The notes under the pieces: model-generated | Told to the model about the DNA's origin: nothing | Seen by the model: the letters and a program-made list of their open reading frames with translations, nothing else | Database searches by the model: none | Translations under genes and position numbers: made by a program | In this document: piece by piece, positions 36,072-45,178 of the stretch | Numbering within the stretch: position 1 is the stretch's first letter | Layout of the letters: each line of letters opens with the position of its first letter | Assembly (NCBI GenBank): GCA_963977015.1 | Contig: CAXBMO010000017.1 | Span: 80,719-144,718 of the forward strand | Direction: 5' to 3' | DNA from: an uncultured bacterium | GTDB lineage: Bacteria; Verrucomicrobiota; Verrucomicrobiia; Verrucomicrobiales; DEV007 | Length of the DNA stretch: 64,000 nt

Positions 36072-36803
36072 CTAGCGTCGACGCAACTTGGCCAGAAGCC
36101 GAAGAATCTCGATGTAGAGCCAGATCAACGTCACCAAAACGGCAAAGCCACCATACCACTCCATGTATTTCGGAGCACCTTGAGCCGACCCGACTTCAAT
36201 CAGTTCATAGTCGATAATAAGATTCAACGCCGCAATCACGACAACAAAAATGCTGAAACCTATCCCGAACGCTCCACTTCCGTGAATGTAGGGGATGTTC
36301 ACGCCGAAAAACCCGAGAACAAAGGTCACCAAATAAATCAGCATGATGCCTCCGGTGGCCGAAAGGACGACGGCCTTGAATTTTTGCGTCGGGACGATGA
36401 TTCGCATTCCGTAAAGCGCGAGCATGAGCAAGGCCACGCCAAGTGTCAGCGTAATGGCCTGCACCACAATCCCATCAAACTGAGCATTGTAGATTGCGGA
36501 AAGCACGCCAAGGAACAGTCCTTCCACGATGGCGTAAATCGGAGCCGTGATCGGACTCCATTCCTTCTTAAAAACGGTCACGACAGCCAAAATCAATCCG
36601 GCAATCAGCCCACCCCAAAAAAACGGCATGGCGGCGGGATTCCCCTCCCCTGTCATTCGCCACGTAAAACTCGCCGATACGATGACGATGAGCAGCAGAA
36701 AGGCAGTCTTGGCCATTGCCCCTCCCAACGTCATGACACCTCCCGAAACCTGAGGCAATTCGTCATACGTTTCCGGCTTTAATACAGGGCTTCCTCCAGT
36801 CAT
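36072..36803 (-). CDS. Bax inhibitor-1/YccA family membrane protein
   Basis: Seven TMs; PIYAIVEG, NLIIDY, GAPKYMEWY, VTLIWLYIEILRLL. Confidence 0.9.
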   Translation of the reverse strand: MTGGSPVLKPETYDELPQVSGGVMTLGGAMAKTAFLLLIVIVSASFTWRMTGEGNPAAMPFFWGGLIAGLILAVVTVFKKEWSPITAPIYAIVEGLFLGVLSAIYNAQFDGIVVQAITLTLGVALLMLALYGMRIIVPTQKFKAVVLSATGGIMLIYLVTFVLGFFGVNIPYIHGSGAFGIGFSIFVVVIAALNLIIDYELIEVGSAQGAPKYMEWYGGFAVLVTLIWLYIEILRLLAKLRRR

Positions 36804-37014
36804 TCTGTTGGCCTAACATACGGGCCTTGGAATTCAAGCTGAAAGACCGGTCATGCCCCCTTATTTGTCAGGCAAATGGCCCTCGATCATAATTCGGTAA
36901 TTTTGTGCAATCATTCCGTGACTCGATGTCTATTGGAAAATCCTGGCGGATATCCAATTGAGTTGACGAATCCTCACGAGTTGACTAAGAACTAAAGACT
37001 AACACCTCCTAATT

Positions 37015-37266
37015 ATGAACAAGACCTATCTAACTCTTTGTGCCGGCGTTCTCCTTTCCGCGTTTGCTCTCTCTTCCTGCGAATCTCCGCAGACGACCCG
37101 GGAAGGCGCGAAAAAGGGTGCCATTTATGGTGGCGCAGCTGGACTTCTGAAAGGCGCAGTGGACGGCAAAGAAGGAAACGTCCTCAAATCGGGCGCGATT
37201 GGAGCTGGTATCGGCGCCGGAACGGGTGCTGCAATCGGTAATCGCAACGAGAAGCGCGGTTACTAG
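37015..37266 (+). CDS. Small glycine-zipper lipoprotein
   Basis: Lipobox LSS|C; GAKKGAIYGGAAG and GAIGAGIGAGTGAAIG glycine zippers. Confidence 0.85.
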   Translation: MNKTYLTLCAGVLLSAFALSSCESPQTTREGAKKGAIYGGAAGLLKGAVDGKEGNVLKSGAIGAGIGAGTGAAIGNRNEKRGY

Positions 37267-37301
37267 GTTTCTGCACCTCAACCTTACAGCTATTTTTTCA
37301 G

Positions 37302-37333
37302 AGAAGCCGACGGAGTCCGTCGGCTTCTTTTTT
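37302..37333 (+). terminator. Intrinsic terminator
   Basis: AGAAGCCGACGGA-g-TCCGTCGGCTTCT followed by a T run, downstream of the lipoprotein gene. Confidence 0.88.
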
Positions 37334-37421
37334 GGGGAGAATTTCACAAAGTATTCGCGACGGCGTCATTGAAATCAACGTTGATGCGTCCCAGTATCGT
37401 AAGCCTTATCTCCCCCTGACT

Positions 37422-40400
37422 ATGAGTTCTACCCCTGAAACGAAAGAGGAACTTGTGCACGACTTTGTCGCTCGCGCGGCATCCGAATGCGGCTCGGTTT
37501 CTCCAGCCATTGCCGGAACGTTTGCCCAACGGTTCTTCCAGTTCGTCCCCTATTCCGATTCGGCAACTGGCCAAAACGGCTCCCTGGTGGACTCAGCCAT
37601 TGCGGTATTGAACGAATATGCCGCCTATCGAGGCGATACCGCACAAATTTCCGTCCTGAAAAAGTCGGGAAAGCAAGGTGAATCCAGCCTGATCGTCGTC
37701 GTTCAACCGGATGTCCCGTTTCTGGTCGACTCCATCCGGATGGAGCTCAATCGGCGAGATCTGCCGGTTCGCTCCATTCTCAGCGTGATCCTGAATGCCG
37801 AGCGCGCTCCGGATGGAAGCCTGCTGGATCTCAAGGCCAACAGCAATGACGCCAATCATTGCGAGTCTGCCATCTGCGTGGAAACATCGGCGCTTGTCGA
37901 TCCCGAGGAGATTGCAGATTTGAAGGCCGGACTGGATTCCGTCCTGCAGGATCTGCAGCTGGCGGTGACTGACTTTCCCACGATGCGGGAACGTGCCCTT
38001 GCCGAAGCCGCAAATTTGAAACAAACCAGTTTCGGTCAGAATTCCGCCGAGATCGCCGAGGCCGAGGAGTTTCTCCGCTGGTTGGCTGACGATCACTTCG
38101 TGTTTCTCGGCTACGATGAACACCAGATTCTCGAAGAAGACGGTCACCGCGTTTTGCAGCCTTCACCGGACTCCGCGCTGGGAACCATGAAGCGCCACCG
38201 GAAACTTCGGCACTGGGTTTTGGATGCGCTCTCCGTTGAAGCCCGAAATTTTATCGAGACGCCGAGAATCCTCAATTTCGTGAACTCGACCCACCGGTCC
38301 CGCATTCATCGCCCGGTTTATCCCGACTACATCACGGTCAAACGATTCGACGAATCCGGTGAAATCGTCAGTGCCTGCCGATTTCTCGGGTTGTTCACCT
38401 CTTCGGTTTACAACGAATTGCCGAGCGAAATCCCAGTCATCCGCCGCAAGGTGGCCAATGTTCTGGATAAATCCACCTTTGCGCTGGGGGGGCACTATCA
38501 AAAAGCGCTGGTGGGCGTGCTCAATGCCTATCCGCGGGATGCCATGTTTCAGGCGAGCGAGAACGAAATTTTCGAGACGGCGATGGGAATCGTCCAGGTT
38601 CAGGAAACTCCACGCGTTCGGTTGTTTCTTCGGCGCAATCCCTATGGGCGCTTCTTCTACTGCAAAGTATTCGTCCCCAAGAGCGTCTACCACAGCGAGT
38701 TGCGGCAGAAAATCGAACGCCACCTATGCAAGCGGCTGCGCGCTGACGATGTGGAGTTGAGCATGCACATGGGCGAAGGCGAATTGGTGCGTTTGCGCTT
38801 CGTGCTGCGAGTTCCCAGCGTCGAACAGTTCGACGTGGATGTGCGCGAGTTGGAGCAGGAAGTGGTGACGATCGCCCAGTCGTGGGACGATGCCTTTCTC
38901 GCAACCCTCCGTTCCCAATATGACAGCTCTACGGCGGATTCGCGGTTTCGGACCTATCACCAAGCTTTTCCGGCCAGCTATCGGGAACACTTTTCGCCTC
39001 AAATTGCGCTCCGCGATTTGGAATCCATTGCCCAACTCGACCAAGGCTCCGAGCTCGCCCTCACCCTGGAAACTCACCCCGAAAACGAGAACCACCTCAG
39101 TTTTCGCCTCTTTCAGAAAGGCACACCAGTCCCCCTTTCCGACGTGCTCCCGATTCTTGAAAACATGGGGTTGCGGGCCAATAGCGAACACCCCTATCAC
39201 ATTCGGCGGGCCGAAGGGACCGAGATCTGGATCCACGATTTTCACCTGATTCCCAGCCTGGCCGTGAAACTGGAAACCACCAAAGTGGCGGAACTGTTTC
39301 GCGATGCATTTGTCAACACCTGGCGCGGTTTGGCCGAGAACGACGGATTCAACGCGCTCATCCTGGGAGCCTGTGTTTCCTGGCGAGAGGTCGCCATGTT
39401 GCGAGCCTATGCCCGTTACAACCACCAAGCCAAGTTTGGTTTTGGCACGGTTTTTACGTCCGAAACCCTCGCCAGACACATCAACGTCTCCTGCCTGCTG
39501 GCTGATTTCTTCGAAGCGCGTTTCAACCCCGACTTCAAGGGTCGCAAAAAAGCGCAAACCCTGATTGAGGGCCGCATTCTGGAGTCGCTCGATCAAGTCC
39601 CGAGCCTGAACGAGGACCGCGTCTTGAGGCGTTTTCTCGAAATGATGCAGGCGACGATTCGCACCAACTTTTACCAGTTGACGGAAGACGGCTCCCCCAA
39701 GGACTACCTTTCGTTCAAACTCGACCCTTCGCGCGTTCCGGGCCTTCCATTTCCCCGTCCGGCCTACGAAATCTTCGTCTACTCACCCCGCTTCGAGGGA
39801 ATTCACCTTCGCGGTGGCAAAATCGCCCGTGGCGGGCTCCGCTGGTCGGATCGCCCCGAAGATTTCCGAACCGAAGTGCTCGGGTTGGTCAAAGCCCAAC
39901 AGGTCAAGAACGCAGTCATCGTTCCCGTGGGCGCCAAGGGCGGGTTCGTCGCCCATCAGTTGCCAACCCACGATCGCGGCGCCATGATGGAGGAAGGGAA
40001 AGCCTGCTACCGCAACTTTCTTCGCGGCCTGCTCGACCTCACCGACAACCTGGCGCCCGACGGCAGCATTGTTCCACCGGCCAGGGTCGAACGCCATGAC
40101 CCGGACGATCCCTATCTGGTCGTCGCCGCCGACAAAGGCACCGCCACGTTTTCCGACATCGGCAATTCCATCTCGGAGGAATACGGATTCTGGCTGGGCG
40201 ACGCCTTTGCTTCCGGGGGCAGCGAGGGCTACGACCACAAAAAGATGGGCATCACCGCCAAAGGAGCCTGGGTGTCGGTCCAGCGTCACTTCTGCGAACT
40301 GGGAATCGACGTTCAGCGTGAACCCATCACCGTCGTGGGAATTGGCGATATGGCAGGCGATGTGTTTGGAAACGGCATGCTCTGCTCCGAGCAACTGCAG

Positions 40401-42233
40401 CTCGTTGCCGCCTTCAACCACCTCCACATTTTCATCGATCCCAACCCGGACCCTGCGACGAGCTTTGCCGAACGCAAACGCCTGTTCGAAGAAGTCGCCG
40501 GATGGGGAAACTATGATACCGACCTCCTTTCGGAAGGCGGGGCGATCTACTCGCGCGAACAAAAGGTGATCGAGCTTTCCCCTCAAGCGAAGGAACGCTT
40601 CCAGATTGAAGCCGACAAACTCACTCCCGCCGAACTCATCACCCAACTGCTCAAGTCGAAAGTCGATTTGCTCTGGAATGGCGGTATCGGAACCTTCGCC
40701 AAAGCCTCCCACGAATCGCACGAAGACGCGGGCGACCGCAACAACGACGGACTCCGCGTCGATGGGAAGGACCTGCGCTGCCGGGTCATCGGCGAAGGCG
40801 GGAATCTCGGCTTCACCCAACTGGCGCGGGTCGAATTCTGCCTCAACGGCGGCTCCTGCAACACCGACTTCATCGACAACTCTGCCGGCGTCGATTGCTC
40901 CGATCACGAGGTCAATCTCAAGATCCCGCTCAACCGCATGATCGCCGAAGGCTCCATGACGCGCGAAAGCCGCAATGAGCTTCTATTTGGAATGACCGAC
41001 ACGGTCGGAGCGCTCGTCCTCCACAACAACTATCGCCAAACCCGCGCCATCAGCCTTGCGCAAGCACAATCCGCCAAGCGCACCGTCGAATACATCCGCC
41101 TGCTCGAACACTGGGAGCGGCGGAATGCCATTGACCGCAAACTGGAGGGGCTCCCCGATAACGAAGCTCTCGCCGAGCGAATTTCCCGGGGCCAGGCCCT
41201 CACCCGCCCCGAACTTGCCGTCCTGATTGCCTACAACAAGTCCATGTTGAAACAGGAGTTGGTCGCATCCGACGTCCCGGACGATCCCTTCATGTCACGA
41301 ATCGCGGAGCAGGCGTTTCCGGCGCAGTTTGTGGACCAATATCGCGAGCAACTCAACCAGCACCAGCTTCGCCGCGAAATTGTCGCAACCCAATGGGCCA
41401 ACGATATGGTGAACCTGATGGGGCCGAGCTTTGTTTATCGGCTGGAAGAGTCCACCGGCGCGACTTCGGCAGAAATTACCCGCGCCTATGCTGCCGCTCG
41501 TGAAATTTTCTCATTTGGCGAGCTTTGGCCCCGAATCGAAGCGCTCGATTTCCAGGTTGAACCCAAAATCCAGCACCTCATGATGTACGAAGTCAGCCGA
41601 CTCGTGCGTCGCGGAAGCCGCTGGCTCGTTCGCAATTGCCGGGAAGAACTCAGCGACCTGCCCGCCCTCGTGAAGCGATTCCGCCCTGGAGTTCAACAAG
41701 TTGCGTATTCCATCCACAGTCTGCTACACGACGCCGCCCTGAAAAACTGGGAGAAAAATTTCCGCCAGTTTACCAAAGCAGGCGTTCCGGAAGATCTGGC
41801 CTCCACTATTTCGGCTTCCAGCGGACTCTACTCCTCATTCGGCGTCATTTTTGCAGCAGAACAAACCCAGGAACCTGTCGATGATGCCGCACACGTCTAT
41901 TATTCCGCCAGCGACTACCTCGATCTCCACTGGCTTTCCTACCGCATTCGCGATCTGAAAGTGGAGGATCACTGGCAGGCTCGCGCTCGCGAATCCTTCC
42001 GGGACGAGCTGCATATCCAGCAACGCAAGCTCACGATCAATATCATGCGAAATTCGACGGAAGAGAGCCCCGACGACCGCATCCTGAACTGGATCCAGCC
42101 ACGCCGACACTACGTCGACCGCTGGAAGGTGGTTTTGGAAGAGTTTCGCGCCGCCGGAAGCCGCAATTACTCCATGTATCCGGTCGTTTTGCGAGAACTC
42201 GCGGTCTTGGTGGAATATACCGAGGACTCCTGA
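37422..42233 (+). CDS. gdhB: Large (~1600 aa) NAD-specific glutamate dehydrogenase
   Basis: PFLVDS, EGIHLRGGKIARGGLRWSDR, KNAVIVPVGAKGG, YLVVAADKGTATFSD, GYDHKKMGIT, GDMAGDVFGNGML, GEGGNLG, DCSDHEVN. Probable ATG at 37422. Confidence 0.96.
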   Translation: MSSTPETKEELVHDFVARAASECGSVSPAIAGTFAQRFFQFVPYSDSATGQNGSLVDSAIAVLNEYAAYRGDTAQISVLKKSGKQGESSLIVVVQPDVPFLVDSIRMELNRRDLPVRSILSVILNAERAPDGSLLDLKANSNDANHCESAICVETSALVDPEEIADLKAGLDSVLQDLQLAVTDFPTMRERALAEAANLKQTSFGQNSAEIAEAEEFLRWLADDHFVFLGYDEHQILEEDGHRVLQPSPDSALGTMKRHRKLRHWVLDALSVEARNFIETPRILNFVNSTHRSRIHRPVYPDYITVKRFDESGEIVSACRFLGLFTSSVYNELPSEIPVIRRKVANVLDKSTFALGGHYQKALVGVLNAYPRDAMFQASENEIFETAMGIVQVQETPRVRLFLRRNPYGRFFYCKVFVPKSVYHSELRQKIERHLCKRLRADDVELSMHMGEGELVRLRFVLRVPSVEQFDVDVRELEQEVVTIAQSWDDAFLATLRSQYDSSTADSRFRTYHQAFPASYREHFSPQIALRDLESIAQLDQGSELALTLETHPENENHLSFRLFQKGTPVPLSDVLPILENMGLRANSEHPYHIRRAEGTEIWIHDFHLIPSLAVKLETTKVAELFRDAFVNTWRGLAENDGFNALILGACVSWREVAMLRAYARYNHQAKFGFGTVFTSETLARHINVSCLLADFFEARFNPDFKGRKKAQTLIEGRILESLDQVPSLNEDRVLRRFLEMMQATIRTNFYQLTEDGSPKDYLSFKLDPSRVPGLPFPRPAYEIFVYSPRFEGIHLRGGKIARGGLRWSDRPEDFRTEVLGLVKAQQVKNAVIVPVGAKGGFVAHQLPTHDRGAMMEEGKACYRNFLRGLLDLTDNLAPDGSIVPPARVERHDPDDPYLVVAADKGTATFSDIGNSISEEYGFWLGDAFASGGSEGYDHKKMGITAKGAWVSVQRHFCELGIDVQREPITVVGIGDMAGDVFGNGMLCSEQLQLVAAFNHLHIFIDPNPDPATSFAERKRLFEEVAGWGNYDTDLLSEGGAIYSREQKVIELSPQAKERFQIEADKLTPAELITQLLKSKVDLLWNGGIGTFAKASHESHEDAGDRNNDGLRVDGKDLRCRVIGEGGNLGFTQLARVEFCLNGGSCNTDFIDNSAGVDCSDHEVNLKIPLNRMIAEGSMTRESRNELLFGMTDTVGALVLHNNYRQTRAISLAQAQSAKRTVEYIRLLEHWERRNAIDRKLEGLPDNEALAERISRGQALTRPELAVLIAYNKSMLKQELVASDVPDDPFMSRIAEQAFPAQFVDQYREQLNQHQLRREIVATQWANDMVNLMGPSFVYRLEESTGATSAEITRAYAAAREIFSFGELWPRIEALDFQVEPKIQHLMMYEVSRLVRRGSRWLVRNCREELSDLPALVKRFRPGVQQVAYSIHSLLHDAALKNWEKNFRQFTKAGVPEDLASTISASSGLYSSFGVIFAAEQTQEPVDDAAHVYYSASDYLDLHWLSYRIRDLKVEDHWQARARESFRDELHIQQRKLTINIMRNSTEESPDDRILNWIQPRRHYVDRWKVVLEEFRAAGSRNYSMYPVVLRELAVLVEYTEDS

Positions 42234-42323
42234 ATCCGGAAAATCCTGACCCTGATCTTCGTGTAGCATCAGGATTTCCCTTAGCGCGCCGTTCTCGGCG
42301 ACAGGGAAAGTTTTTAAAAAATG

Positions 42324-42357
42324 AAACAACCTCCCCGTAGAGGTTGTTTTCTTTTTT
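42324..42357 (+). terminator. Intrinsic terminator after gdhB
   Basis: AAACAACCTC (42324-42333) / GAGGTTGTTT (42340-42349) followed by TCTTTTTT. A second imperfect stem lies at ~42239-42279. Confidence 0.7.
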
Positions 42358-42506
42358 GAAAATGCATTGACTTCCTTGGCACTGGTCCACTACAAGGCAC
42401 CTTGATAGGCAAGCGAGGAAAGCGAGCCAACATTCCAACCAACTATTTAGACAGGCTCATCCAACTCTTCGGAGATTTTGTGGCGGGGGAGATGACCTGG
42501 GGCGCA

Positions 42507-45170
42507 ATGCAACAACTCAACAGGTCTACTCTTGGCATTCCAGTCTACGTTTCCGCAGGCATTTTGCTGCTGCTGGCTGGACTCAATGCTCAGGAGGCAA
42601 CGAAACCGCCCGCAGAAGCGTCAGCGGCCACGGAGACCGCGGTTCCCCTCCCCTCCAAACACGAAAAACGGAATGTCGAGATGAGCCTGTTTCCCAAACC
42701 GGGAACCAAGCGGGGAATCATCACGGTCTACACACCGGACGAAGGTGTCGGAGAAGCCGCTCCAGACGACGAAGGCGAAGAGCGTAAGTCACTTCTGGCA
42801 GAAGAATGGCGACCGGAACACCTGTCCACGCCATCCAACATCGATTACCAACTTCCCGGATTGGATCAAATTGGGCTGGTTGCCGAATCCCCAACCATCA
42901 ACATCGACACGATCAAGTTTGAGGGAAACACGGTCTTCACCGACTCCGAAATTGAGGAGGCCATTCGTGAAGCGATTGGCGATTATCGCGAACATCCCCT
43001 GAGCAGTGAAGACATTGAGGCTGCCCGCATTGCCACGACCAAACTGTATATCGCGGAAGGTTACGTGAACTCCGGAGCTTTGGTTCCCGATCAGGACCTT
43101 CAGGACGGCAGCCTGACCCTGAAAATCGTGGAAGGTAAATTGAGCGATGTCCGAGTGATTCGTCGCCCCCGGGAATCTGAGATCAAGAAACTGACTTTTT
43201 CAGGAAACGTCGCGATCCCAGATGAGGATCTGGAAGTGGTCGCCTTGGAGGTGCTGCAAGGAAAGACCATTCCGCTATCACCTAACGACACCGCCATCCT
43301 CCTGAGAAAACTCAGCGAAGTTTACTTTGCGCAAGGATTCCGAGATTCGGGAGCCCTGATTCCCAAACGTTCCTGGCTGGGCTCCGCCTTGGCAGTTCAG
43401 ATCATCGAGGGCGAATCGGTCGAAACACCGGTCGAGTCCGAAACGGAGACGGACGAAAACGAGACGACCGGCGGTAACCGAGGCATCACGGTGGTGGAGA
43501 CTGACGCCACCTTGCCCGCTGCGGCATCCGAGGAACCTGAGGAGGTCGAAGTTGAAGTCATCACGCCTCCGAGCTCCAAATTCGCATTCGAAGGCAACGA
43601 GGCCTACTCGGATGAGGAGCTCAAACTTGCCGTGGCTGAAAAAGTTGAATTGATCGTGGAGTCTGAGATTCGGTCCTACACGGCGGAGGAAATTCTTTCC
43701 GCGCAGGAAGCCATCAACGGTTTCTATGCTTCCGAAGGATACGTTCATTCAGGCGCCCTCCTCCCCACCTTCAACGAGGATGAAGAGACGGTGACGTTTC
43801 GGATTGTGGAAGGCGAACAGAAGCCGGCCAAAGAGCACAAATGGATGCGAGACCGTTTTTACAGCAAGCGCCTCAAATCCGTTTCCGACGGCACCTTCAA
43901 CATGACCAAGGTGCAACGCCGATTGGAATTGCTGACCCTTTCGCCCCACGTCAGCCGCATCAACGCAGAAGTCAAACCAACGGCCGAGCAGGGAGATGCG
44001 TATCTGCAACTCACGGTGAAGGAGAATTTTCCGATCCAGGGAGGCATCGATTTTCACAACCATCGCCCCGTCAGCGTCGGCTCGGAACAGATCGAAGCCT
44101 GGATCCTTCATCAAAGCCTTCTGGGATTCGGAGACCGGCTCTACCTGACCTACGGCCTCCTCAACGGCGGGCTGGATGAAGCCGACTATGCAGGTTTCGA
44201 CAACTACGGAGTCGAATACCGCGTCCCCGTTACCGGTCGGGATACGACGATTTTTGCCTCGTATCGACAAAGCAGCTACACCGTCATTCAGGAACCCTTC
44301 AACGAGTTGGACATCGGCGGGAGCAGTTCGACCTGGCACCTCGGAATCGAACAACCCTTGTTCCGCTCGCCGCGCAATGAACTGATCGCCTCAGCCCAAT
44401 TCGACCGCATTCACAGCGAAACGCTCGTGCTCGGGATTCCGTTCAGCGTCACGCCCGGAGCGATTGACGGCGAAATCGACATTTCCATGTTCCGCGCCTC
44501 GCTCGACTGGGTGACGCGCAGTCGCAATCAGGTCCTGGCCCTGAGAATGTCGGGTTCCATGGGCGTGGACTGGTTTGGGTTGGAAACGACAGACGATGGC
44601 ACAGACTTGGACAATGACTTCGTGATCGGCCAACTCCAGGGACAGTATATCCGTCGTCTCAGCGGATCCGCCCCCAAACCGAGCGAAGCCGATGACGCGA
44701 TGGATCAGAACGAGAAGGACCGAAAGGCCTTGCTGGGCAAACTCTGGGAGCGCGATTTCCAGCTTCTGTTGAAAGGTGGCCTCCAGGTTACGGATACCGA
44801 ATTGCTTTCTCCGGTTCAATGGACCGTTGGCGGCGTCAATACAATCCGCGGCTATCGCGAAAACTCGATTGTCCGTGACCTGGGTTACTATGGATCGGTA
44901 GAGTTCCACATTCCCTTGATCCAGGGGCGCTCAGGCCGGGAGATCGTCCGATTGATCCCGTTCTTTGACGTTGGCGGCGCCTGGAGCGGTGGTCAGGATC
45001 TGCCGGCCGATCAGGTCGATCTCTACAGTGCAGGATTGGGGTTTCTACTATCACCGTTCGAACACAGCCAACTTGAAATGTACTGGGGGCATCCATTCAC
45101 AGATTTGGGACAACCCAATGAATCGCTTCAGGATGATGGCATTCACTTTAAGGCAAGCCTCCAATTTTGA
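42507..45170 (+). CDS. TpsB (ShlB/FhaC/HecB family) outer membrane transporter with expanded POTRA region
   Basis: Signal peptide; three FxGN..YxxxG(Y/F)xxSGAL..I(V/I)EG modules plus one more POTRA; beta-barrel with GGVNTIRGYREN loop-6 motif; terminal Phe. Start uncertain (42402, 42492 or 42507). Confidence 0.93.
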   Translation: MQQLNRSTLGIPVYVSAGILLLLAGLNAQEATKPPAEASAATETAVPLPSKHEKRNVEMSLFPKPGTKRGIITVYTPDEGVGEAAPDDEGEERKSLLAEEWRPEHLSTPSNIDYQLPGLDQIGLVAESPTINIDTIKFEGNTVFTDSEIEEAIREAIGDYREHPLSSEDIEAARIATTKLYIAEGYVNSGALVPDQDLQDGSLTLKIVEGKLSDVRVIRRPRESEIKKLTFSGNVAIPDEDLEVVALEVLQGKTIPLSPNDTAILLRKLSEVYFAQGFRDSGALIPKRSWLGSALAVQIIEGESVETPVESETETDENETTGGNRGITVVETDATLPAAASEEPEEVEVEVITPPSSKFAFEGNEAYSDEELKLAVAEKVELIVESEIRSYTAEEILSAQEAINGFYASEGYVHSGALLPTFNEDEETVTFRIVEGEQKPAKEHKWMRDRFYSKRLKSVSDGTFNMTKVQRRLELLTLSPHVSRINAEVKPTAEQGDAYLQLTVKENFPIQGGIDFHNHRPVSVGSEQIEAWILHQSLLGFGDRLYLTYGLLNGGLDEADYAGFDNYGVEYRVPVTGRDTTIFASYRQSSYTVIQEPFNELDIGGSSSTWHLGIEQPLFRSPRNELIASAQFDRIHSETLVLGIPFSVTPGAIDGEIDISMFRASLDWVTRSRNQVLALRMSGSMGVDWFGLETTDDGTDLDNDFVIGQLQGQYIRRLSGSAPKPSEADDAMDQNEKDRKALLGKLWERDFQLLLKGGLQVTDTELLSPVQWTVGGVNTIRGYRENSIVRDLGYYGSVEFHIPLIQGRSGREIVRLIPFFDVGGAWSGGQDLPADQVDLYSAGLGFLLSPFEHSQLEMYWGHPFTDLGQPNESLQDDGIHFKASLQF

Positions 45171-45178
45171 CCTCCCGA

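Noticed and set aside
37593-40907. Long minus-strand ORFs opposite gdhB
   Set aside because: Antisense shadows of a conserved gene with no independent coding signal.
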